Virus record (IMG/VR): IMGVR_UViG_3300017779_005634
Span: 1-43,197 of that record
DNA length: 43,197 bases
Strand: one strand, 5' to 3'
From: a virus
Lineage: Duplodnaviria; Caudoviricetes
Shown: positions 8,009 through 15,311 of the stretch, one piece after another
Layout of the letters: each line of letters opens with the position of its first letter
Position numbering within the stretch: position 1 is the first letter of the stretch
Translations under genes and position numbers: made by a program
Notes under the pieces: generated by a model
What the model was told of the DNA's origin: nothing
What the model saw: the letters and a program-made list of their open reading frames with translations, nothing else
The model's database searches: none

Positions 8009-10960
8009 ATGGGTGGATTAGGTGGACACGTAGACCATCTCTACGATAATACAGACTTATCATTCACAGATATGATAAAAATTATGACTGCTGCCTCCAA
8101 CGGTGAAATCACTGGTGGTGAAAAACTTGATGGTCAAAACTTATTTGTTTCTTATTCCGTCAAAGACGGCAAAGCAAAGGCAGCACGTAATGTTGGCAAT
8201 GTTAAGAAAGGTGGCATGGACGCCGAGGCGCTCGCTGCCAAGTTTGCTGGACGTGGTACACTAGAAAAGGCATTTAATGGTGCTTTTGAGGCATTCGTCG
8301 ATGCAGTTACGCAGATGTCAGACGAAGTCAAACTTAAAGTATTCGGTCCTGATGCTAATATCTTTTACAACGCAGAAGTAATGGACCCCGAGAATCCGAA
8401 TATTATTAACTACAATTCAAAGAGTCTCATTATTCACAGAGATGGACACGGGGAATATGACAGAGAATCAGGTAAAGTCACAGATAGAGATGTCTCCGAT
8501 GAAGCAACTCTCTTGGGGAATGCCCTTAAGTCAGTTCAAAAGTCAGATAAAGAGGGTGCTTTCGGGATAGAGATGAAGGCAGTCGAGAGATTGCGTGCAT
8601 TAGACGGTGATGAGGCATTAAACTCTGCGACGAGTAGACTAAAACAATTACTCTCCACATCAAATGTAGGTACAGGTGCTACAGTTGGTGAGTATATTAT
8701 ATCTAAATTGGATGCTCTTATCGAAAGAATGTTCCCAGACTTAGATGAAGATACCAAAAAGATGATTATGCAGCGTATGTTTGGGGTAAAAGGCACGACT
8801 GCTACACAAATATATAAGCGAATTAGCGACCCTTCGGTCAAATCAGCAGTCCGAGACTTTATCAAAGACCAAAAGCGAGTTAGAAAAGAAATTATTTTTC
8901 CTCTTGAGGACATTGTACACGATTTTGCTGTTGCTATGCTTGACGGATTGAAGTCTAGGTTCGTTCTTTCCCACAAAGACGAGATAAATCGCATCGCCGA
9001 CAGACTAGAACAGGCAATCACAGACATTGAAGCAGAGGGTGATGATACAAAAACCCAAAAACTTAAAGCAGGATTGGGAAAATTAAAGAGTTTGGACAAG
9101 ATTTCGTCCTCAATGGAAGGTTTTGTATTCGCCTATGACGGTCATACATACAAGTTAACAGGTTCTTTCGCTCCCGTTAACCAGATTATGGGTCTTTTGC
9201 CTTGGGAAAAGAAAAAAGGTGGAGATTTAAATGAAAACCAAGAAGAAACCCAGAGAATAGGTTTATTTCCAGGTAAATTTAAACCACCTCATACAGGACA
9301 CTTCCTTGGTGCCAAAGAAATGATTGATTCTTACGGTGCTGACAAGGTTTTTGTTATTATTTCCAAGCGAGGAGTCAAGAGAGAGACTGAAAAAGGTCTT
9401 TTTGTTGTTATGCCAGAGACATCTGAGAAGATTTGGAATAAATATATTAATGAAAACGGTTATAAGGGCAAAATTATAGTAAATGTGTCCTCATTTCCCT
9501 CTCCAATCGTTGATACATACGAAATGTTAAAAGAATTTCCTGCTGGAACAACTGTTTTAGTGTCAAAAGGTGAGAAAGACGTAGAAGACCCAAGGTTTTC
9601 TCGCATGCAGCAGTTCATTGAAAAGAATAATTTGTCTGTTAGGGCAGAAATGGTGGATGGTTCAATGTCCGACACGGGTGCAAGTGGTACTAAACTAGGT
9701 TTAGCAGTTGCAAACGGCGATTTTGAAACATTCAAAAAAATGGTTCCTCTTTCTGGTGGTTCTGCTATGGAACTTTGGGAAGAACTTACAAGTCAAGTCA
9801 TCGATGAGGAAAATAATGCTTTTCAAGAGGCACTTTTTGAGATGATTGACGAAGCAATTAGCATTGATAACAATCTTGTCCCTGGTGGACAACTTGGGGG
9901 ACCTCAAAGGTCCGATGAAGACGACTCAACCGAGGATGAAGAATCCGAAACAGAAAAATCCAATAAGAAAGGGGGTGAATCTAATACCGAGGTTGAGGTA
10001 ACAACGAAAACTGTTGTTAATGTTTCCGTAAATGGCAATGATGTCAATGTCACTACCAACGAAAGTAGTGAAGAAGAAACAAAAGAGGTTATCAGTGAAG
10101 AGTCGGAAGAACCGACGGAAAGAGGGATTATTAATTTAGATTTTGGCATGAGGTTACCAAGAATGCAACTACCTCAAATCAAATCTACGGATGTTTCAGA
10201 ATTTATTAAATGGTTGGACGAAAAAGAAGTTGATTCTTTAGAGACCTCGATGCGGGTCGGAGAACTCACCCCTATTCAGAAAGAAATTAATTTAGATAAA
10301 ACTGATTCAATGGCAGAAAAGCATAATTCAGGAGAAATTAATTTATCTACTGGAAAACCTGTTATGGTTTCTAGTGATGAATATCTTATCGATGGTCATC
10401 ATAGGTGGTACGCTCTTCGAGAATTAAATCCAGAAAATAGACTTGACGTTGTTATAATTGACACTCCTATTTTAGATTTGATTTCACTTATGAAAGAATT
10501 TCCGAAAACAACCTACAAGGCACCAGTAGATGAAATGTCTATCGAATCAGTTAATGAGTCTTATGGCAAGATTGACGGCGGTGGTCCAAGCGTTGTCAAT
10601 GTAGGAAAGATGAAGATTATTATCGATGTAGAGGATATGGACCTTGAACCTTCCAAACACGGCGAAGAACGACGTTTCCGACACGGAAAAGGTAAAACAA
10701 TCTCCAAGGATGCTATCCTACAGGCAGCAGAACGAGGTTTGGGACTAGTTATACAAGACTATGCTAATGGCGAGGTAGCAAACGGCGAGGCGTTTGTTAT
10801 TCGACATAAAGCAAACGCAAAAACACCTGCTTTAAATTTAGTTGGTGCTTTGGAAATGAAAAAAGGTCCAGACACTATGAAGATTATTACTGTTATGAGA
10901 AAAGATGATTTTAAGACAGATAATTTCGGTGGTGGCAAACAAAAAACTTATAACGTTTGA
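8009..10960 (+). CDS. Multidomain (polyvalent) protein: ligase-like nucleotidyltransferase (DUF6267-like), HxGH cytidylyltransferase-like, ParB/Srx-like and putative RelE/BECR-like RNase domains
   Basis: EKLDG (aa 38-42) and EGFVF...YKLT (aa 370-384); FPGKFKPPHTGH (H428/H431); PVMVSSDEYLIDGHHRW (DGHHRW aa 795-800); SKHGEERRFRH...IITVMRK (aa 882-965). Domains are separated by acidic linkers. Confidence 0.7.
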   Translation: MGGLGGHVDHLYDNTDLSFTDMIKIMTAASNGEITGGEKLDGQNLFVSYSVKDGKAKAARNVGNVKKGGMDAEALAAKFAGRGTLEKAFNGAFEAFVDAVTQMSDEVKLKVFGPDANIFYNAEVMDPENPNIINYNSKSLIIHRDGHGEYDRESGKVTDRDVSDEATLLGNALKSVQKSDKEGAFGIEMKAVERLRALDGDEALNSATSRLKQLLSTSNVGTGATVGEYIISKLDALIERMFPDLDEDTKKMIMQRMFGVKGTTATQIYKRISDPSVKSAVRDFIKDQKRVRKEIIFPLEDIVHDFAVAMLDGLKSRFVLSHKDEINRIADRLEQAITDIEAEGDDTKTQKLKAGLGKLKSLDKISSSMEGFVFAYDGHTYKLTGSFAPVNQIMGLLPWEKKKGGDLNENQEETQRIGLFPGKFKPPHTGHFLGAKEMIDSYGADKVFVIISKRGVKRETEKGLFVVMPETSEKIWNKYINENGYKGKIIVNVSSFPSPIVDTYEMLKEFPAGTTVLVSKGEKDVEDPRFSRMQQFIEKNNLSVRAEMVDGSMSDTGASGTKLGLAVANGDFETFKKMVPLSGGSAMELWEELTSQVIDEENNAFQEALFEMIDEAISIDNNLVPGGQLGGPQRSDEDDSTEDEESETEKSNKKGGESNTEVEVTTKTVVNVSVNGNDVNVTTNESSEEETKEVISEESEEPTERGIINLDFGMRLPRMQLPQIKSTDVSEFIKWLDEKEVDSLETSMRVGELTPIQKEINLDKTDSMAEKHNSGEINLSTGKPVMVSSDEYLIDGHHRWYALRELNPENRLDVVIIDTPILDLISLMKEFPKTTYKAPVDEMSIESVNESYGKIDGGGPSVVNVGKMKIIIDVEDMDLEPSKHGEERRFRHGKGKTISKDAILQAAERGLGLVIQDYANGEVANGEAFVIRHKANAKTPALNLVGALEMKKGPDTMKIITVMRKDDFKTDNFGGGKQKTYNV

Positions 10961-10969
10961 GGAATAAAA

Positions 10970-11743
10970 ATGATTAATAGAAATGAAATGATTCAGGAAC
11001 TTAAACTTCGTAACTTTATTAAAAGAGCGATTAAAGTACGAGCGAAAAATAAAAAACAATCGAATATTTGGGAAGAATATGAACTTAGAAACATTATTCG
11101 TAAACTACTGAAAGAATCATCCACAGAAAAGGTCCAGCATCGGTCGACTGGAATTAATGTTCTTGAAGACCTTTTAAAGAAGGTTGTTCCTGTATTAGAA
11201 GCAGATTATAAAATGCTCACGACAGATGTTAAACAAAGAAAATCTTTTTCTGCTCATATTATCGTTGCTACTGAAAATGCACTTGCACCTGTTATGGCAA
11301 ATAAAGAAGCAGGTGAAGAAGACGATAAATTTATTGGTATCAGTGAGATTGAAGATATTAATGAAATAGAAGTTGAAATCGGAGAGAAACCAGAAGACGA
11401 CGATGCTTTTATTGATATTGATGCAGACAAAAAAGAAAAAGAGGAAGAAGAAGGTAATTTCGAAAATCTCGGCGATGAAGATAAAACTGGTGCGAATTTC
11501 GCACAGGCGACCTTCGATAAAATCGAGAAACAGATTATCGATGCTTATTCTTTATTAAATAATGAAGAGGACCAAAAACTTTTTTATGATTACCTTATCA
11601 CAAATATAAAATTGTATTTTGATAAATTTGAAAATGAACTCGACCCTGACATTACAGAACCTACTACCGATGAGTATGAAGAAGAGAAAGATGATATCGA
11701 GGACGAAGCAGAACTAGGCGGAGAAGAAGAGTTAGAACTATAA
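10970..11743 (+). CDS. Acidic hypothetical protein, possibly prohead core/scaffold-associated
   Basis: SD GAGGA; duplicated N-terminal helix (ELKLRNFIKRAIK / ELRNIIRKLLKE); long E/D-rich tracts. Confidence 0.7.
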   Translation: MINRNEMIQELKLRNFIKRAIKVRAKNKKQSNIWEEYELRNIIRKLLKESSTEKVQHRSTGINVLEDLLKKVVPVLEADYKMLTTDVKQRKSFSAHIIVATENALAPVMANKEAGEEDDKFIGISEIEDINEIEVEIGEKPEDDDAFIDIDADKKEKEEEEGNFENLGDEDKTGANFAQATFDKIEKQIIDAYSLLNNEEDQKLFYDYLITNIKLYFDKFENELDPDITEPTTDEYEEEKDDIEDEAELGGEEELEL

Positions 11744-11761
11744 CTTTTTGTTTCCTACTGA

Positions 11762-11768
11762 CTATTTA
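11762..11768 (+). promoter_or_regulatory. Putative late promoter CTATTTA
   Basis: Exact motif in the intergenic gap upstream of SD GGAGGA (11789-11794). Confidence 0.6.
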
Positions 11769-11801
11769 TAACAGTTATTTTTAATATTGGAGGACATTCA
11801 A

Positions 11802-12185
11802 ATGTCAAAACAGAGAAGAATTAAGAAAGGTATTAAGCAGAAATTAAAACTTGACGTTGCTGCTGGTACTTACGCAACAGATGCTGCGGCAATTGCAGCA
11901 CTCAAAGCAGGTGTTGCTGCTGGTACAATCGATGATGATGATTTACTTACTTGGATTATCGACCCAGACCAGGACAACTTGGCAACAGACGACGCAGGTC
12001 GTAAAGAAGCAATCAAGGCAGGTCTTACAGACGGCGTTGCTGCTGGCAATATTCTACAGAGTGCTGGCGAAACTGAAGAAGCAAAGAGTACAGACCCAGT
12101 TGATGCTGATACAGATGCAGGCGGGACTGATGACGGTGCCGAGGTTGATGCAGGTGCAGACCCACTTGACCCTGCTGACGACTAA
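11802..12185 (+). CDS. Small Ala/Asp-rich protein with basic N-terminus
   Basis: Start moved to ATG 11802 because SD GGAGGA at 11789-11794 lies downstream of the track's TTG 11787. VAAG occurs three times; the C-terminus is very acidic. Confidence 0.8.
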   Translation: MSKQRRIKKGIKQKLKLDVAAGTYATDAAAIAALKAGVAAGTIDDDDLLTWIIDPDQDNLATDDAGRKEAIKAGLTDGVAAGNILQSAGETEEAKSTDPVDADTDAGGTDDGAEVDAGADPLDPADD

Positions 12186-12196
12186 TCGAGGTTTAG

Positions 12197-12538
12197 TTGC
12201 ACAACGAACGACCTTATAAAACTTATTCTGTCTCAAAGCAATTAAAAGATGAAAACAAAATAAATGAACTCTTTGAGATTCAGTTATCGGCGCTGAGTCT
12301 CGAAGAAGTCATTTCTTTGAAATTAGAACTCGCCACAAGAGAAATGGATGGCAAGATGTACGGTCTTCCTATTTGGAAAAACCTTCCAATGATAATCAAG
12401 GACGCAGTTCTCAGGACTGCAATTTCTGCATCTGCAACCCGACGAGATGCTGCAAGATTCCTTGGAATCAAATATTCCAACCTTCGGGAAACCCTTAAAA
12501 ATTATGGACTTTTTCATTATTTTAAAAAAAGAACTTAA
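12197..12538 (+). CDS. Fis/NtrC-type helix-turn-helix DNA-binding protein
   Basis: TTG start with SD GAGGT. C-terminal TRRDAARFLGIKYSNLRETLKNYGL matches the HTH_8 pattern AA..LGI....L...LK.YG. Confidence 0.7.
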   Translation: MHNERPYKTYSVSKQLKDENKINELFEIQLSALSLEEVISLKLELATREMDGKMYGLPIWKNLPMIIKDAVLRTAISASATRRDAARFLGIKYSNLRETLKNYGLFHYFKKRT

Positions 12539-12677
12539 CAAGACTTATTTTACAGTATATATTAATTAAGTAAGAAATATATCCTAAGAAGAAAAAACTC
12601 AAGTCTGAGTCTGAGTAAATAAGTCTATTACTCTTCAAATAACCATTTAAGAATCATTCCATTAATCCTCTGAGTTT

Positions 12678-12684
12678 CTACTTA
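12678..12684 (+). promoter_or_regulatory. Putative late promoter variant CTACTTA inside an RBS-sequestering hairpin arm
   Basis: One-mismatch motif 26 nt upstream of TTG 12711; 12671-12683 can pair with 12701-12713. Confidence 0.45.
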
Positions 12685-12710
12685 CTAATAGTTTTAGCGA
12701 GGGTAGAGAC

Positions 12711-13826
12711 TTGAAAATAAGTAAGCATATAAAAATTGGTATCACATCTCAATGTGATGAAAATCTTTTTGGGAACGGACTTAAGTCTAATGTCTGGTTT
12801 CTTTATAGATTATTAAAAGGTGTAGGATATGATATACATCTTGTCTCAGAGTCTGATAAGCATCATGGAAATAAATTATTAGGTGTAGAGATTAAAAAAT
12901 TAGATACTTTAACAATACAAAATTATAATATTATTATTCAGTGTGCTAATTCTCTTTCTGATACGTGTAGGAAGATTCTCAGAGGGAATGGAGGTATTGT
13001 AGGTTCTTGTGAATATGGAAATAAAATTCTTATTGATATGGGCACAATGGTATATGGAGGTCCTGGAGAGGCTGGGTTTACAATGCCAGACGTAGACTTC
13101 TATTGGACGTCTCCTCATTTTGAAAGAACAAAAAACGCACTTCAAACTTTAGCAAAAGCACCAGTTAGTATTTGTCCCTATATTTGGTCACCAGAAATCA
13201 TCACTAAATCTTACATGAATGCTGGGTATAATCCCTATTTCGGAGACCATGTAAATTTAAAGAATATTGCAATAATGGAATCAAACCTTTATATGGTTAA
13301 AACTTGTTTTATTCCTATGTTAATCTCAGAAGAATTATATGATAGAGACTCAGATATGATTGAAAACGTATTCAATGTAGGTTCTTCGAAATTAAAAGAT
13401 AAAAAGAATTTTCAGAGATATTGTAGCAGATTTAACTTAGTGAAGGATAAGAAGATGTCTTTTGAGGGTAGATGGGCACTTAACTTCTTGCTTCATAAGG
13501 GGTATGCAGGTACGATAGTCTCTCACCAGTGGTGCAATGAATTAAATTATCTTCAATTAGAGGCAATGTATCTTAATTTACCTTTTGTACATAATAGTGA
13601 TACTTTTGAAGAACATGGTTATTATTACTCAGGGTTTGATGTACATGCAGGCGCTGATGCACTAGCAGAAGCAATTAACGAACATCCGAAGCGGTATTTA
13701 GAAGATAGAACAAAGAACAACGAACTTATGTGGACATATAGTCCCAATAATAAAAAGAACGTTGATGGTTATGTTGAACTTCTAGAGGAACAAATTCAGA
13801 AACATTTCTCGGAAGGAGAATTTTGA
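12711..13826 (+). CDS. DUF2827-like putative glycosyltransferase (GT-B-like)
   Basis: Motifs FGNGLKSNVWFLYRLL, WTSPH, PYIWSP and VSHQWCNELNYLQLEAMYLNLPFVHNS are recognised as DUF2827-like. Confidence 0.7.
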   Translation: MKISKHIKIGITSQCDENLFGNGLKSNVWFLYRLLKGVGYDIHLVSESDKHHGNKLLGVEIKKLDTLTIQNYNIIIQCANSLSDTCRKILRGNGGIVGSCEYGNKILIDMGTMVYGGPGEAGFTMPDVDFYWTSPHFERTKNALQTLAKAPVSICPYIWSPEIITKSYMNAGYNPYFGDHVNLKNIAIMESNLYMVKTCFIPMLISEELYDRDSDMIENVFNVGSSKLKDKKNFQRYCSRFNLVKDKKMSFEGRWALNFLLHKGYAGTIVSHQWCNELNYLQLEAMYLNLPFVHNSDTFEEHGYYYSGFDVHAGADALAEAINEHPKRYLEDRTKNNELMWTYSPNNKKNVDGYVELLEEQIQKHFSEGEF

Positions 13827-14338
13827 ACAATTGGAAGGTATTAAAGTTAGATAGTTCATACCGACCTATTCAAGTTATTGACTGGACTGAAGCATTTAAT
13901 ATGGTTCTCTCTGGGCGAGCAAATGTAGTTGAGTATAAAGAAAATCATTTTGTCCATTCAGTCAATGAAAAATTCCAAGTTCCTTCCGTCATAGCAATAA
14001 ACCGATATGTTAAAAAAGCAAGAGTAAATCTCAGAGTTACAAGAAAAAATCTTTTTCTAAGAGACAATTATATATGTCAATATTGTGATAATAGGTTCAC
14101 AAAGGGTGAGTTAACAATAGACCATGTTACTCCAAAATCAGCAGGTGGTCCAAAGACATGGGAAAATATTGTCACTGCTTGTCGAAAATGTAATCAAAAG
14201 AAAGCAGACAAATTACCAAGGGAAGCAAATATGTTTCCAACAAACCCTCCAAGAACACCTTCCGCAAAGATGTTCGTCAATATAGTGCAAAATGTTGATG
14301 AGTGTTGGAAGAAATATATAGAACCTTATTGTTACTGA
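13823..14338 (+). CDS. HNH endonuclease (McrA/HNH_5-like, zinc-binding)
   Basis: RDNYICQYC...TIDHVTPKSAGGPKTWENIVTACRKCNQKK, with N-terminal VLKLDSSYRPI. SD AAGGAG. Confidence 0.92.
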   Translation: MNNWKVLKLDSSYRPIQVIDWTEAFNMVLSGRANVVEYKENHFVHSVNEKFQVPSVIAINRYVKKARVNLRVTRKNLFLRDNYICQYCDNRFTKGELTIDHVTPKSAGGPKTWENIVTACRKCNQKKADKLPREANMFPTNPPRTPSAKMFVNIVQNVDECWKKYIEPYCY

Positions 14339-15222
14339 TTTACTTTTTTATAATCAAAGACAACTGCTTCACCTCGCTTAATTGCAGCAAGCGCTTCTAA
14401 AAGTGTACCTCTAACTTGTTCCAGGGTGGCACTATAACTAATAGGACTGTTGCACTGTCCAGTAATCAAATTGCAGTATCTTGAATCAATTGAATGAATC
14501 ATGCCTACAATCTCTCCGTTCTTATTGACAATCGGAGAACCACTCGAACCAGGCGCAGCACTAAGATTATACATTGAAAATAATCTACCTGCTTTCCCAG
14601 ACTGAATTATGAATTCTCCATTATACAACCCTTCTGTAAAAAACACTCCACCCCCTGTTGAACTTGGATTGTAAATGCCTTTCGGTGCTGCAATATTATA
14701 AACTTTATCTCCATATTGAGGAACTGCCCCTACTTCCAGTTTTGGGGCATTAATAGACGTCTCAACAATACAGGTGTCGGCAGAAACGTTTCTAACCCAA
14801 GGGAATTCTTTTACTTTGAACTTTTGTCCATAAGCATTAACAACTAACATACTAGGTTTTGTTATTATCTCTACTTCTCCTTTAAACTTAAGATTATCTC
14901 TTATATGTGAAAAAACTTTTCTATCAAAGTCTTTTAGAGAATATTCTTCGTTCTCGCAAATATGGTCTGCCGTAAGGACAAGGGTCCTCGGAGGTTTACC
15001 AGGAATAAATTCATTCCAGACAATTGCCCCTGAACCTGTCGATTTCATATTTAATAGTTCTTTGCATTCGTTTGTTTTCTGTGCGGTCTGCCCGCAAACT
15101 TCAATTTTTACTGACTTATTTATTTGGACAAAAGAATTTTTTATTGTAGTCGGGTGTTTCACTAGAGAAGTACAACCTCCTACAAGTCCAACAAGCATAA
15201 GCAAAAAAAGTTTTCTTATCAT
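14332..15222 (-). CDS. Trypsin-like (S1) serine protease, predicted lipoprotein
   Basis: LTADH (His), SADTC (Asp) and PGSSGSP (Ser) triad motifs. N-terminus MIRKLFLLMLVGLVGGC is a signal peptide with lipobox. ATG 15222 chosen because SD AGGAGG lies 9 nt upstream. Confidence 0.88.
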   Translation of the reverse strand: MIRKLFLLMLVGLVGGCTSLVKHPTTIKNSFVQINKSVKIEVCGQTAQKTNECKELLNMKSTGSGAIVWNEFIPGKPPRTLVLTADHICENEEYSLKDFDRKVFSHIRDNLKFKGEVEIITKPSMLVVNAYGQKFKVKEFPWVRNVSADTCIVETSINAPKLEVGAVPQYGDKVYNIAAPKGIYNPSSTGGGVFFTEGLYNGEFIIQSGKAGRLFSMYNLSAAPGSSGSPIVNKNGEIVGMIHSIDSRYCNLITGQCNSPISYSATLEQVRGTLLEALAAIKRGEAVVFDYKKVNQ

Positions 15223-15251
15223 AAAGGTCACCCTCCTGTGCGCTCTATAAG

Positions 15252-15292
15252 TAAATAGGGGAAAATGAATAAAAAAGTAAAAGACCTATTTA
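15252..15292. promoter_or_regulatory. Divergent pair of putative late promoters (CTATTTA on - at 15252-15258, on + at 15286-15292)
   Basis: Exact motif on each strand, each pointing at its own downstream gene (protease and PhoH). Confidence 0.6.
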
Positions 15293-15311
15293 TTGATACG
15301 AAAGGAACAAT

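Noticed and set aside
11763-11770. Exact T4 late promoter TATAAATA on the minus strand
   Set aside because: It would fire antisense into gene 10970. Copies at 300 and 30631 show the motif is oriented as CTATTTA relative to downstream genes.
12539-12710. Possible tRNA or known structured RNA in the longest gap
   Set aside because: No cloverleaf, T-loop GTTC motif or CCA end, and too AT-rich. Kept only as a repeat-rich regulatory candidate.
13823-14338. HNH gene as an intron- or intein-associated homing element
   Set aside because: It is free-standing with its own SD, the flanking genes are intact, and no splicing motifs were seen.
15252-15292. Inverted repeat TAAATAGG/CCTATTTA as a terminator or operator
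   Set aside because: It is more simply explained as two divergent copies of the promoter motif. There is no GC-rich stem or U-tract.
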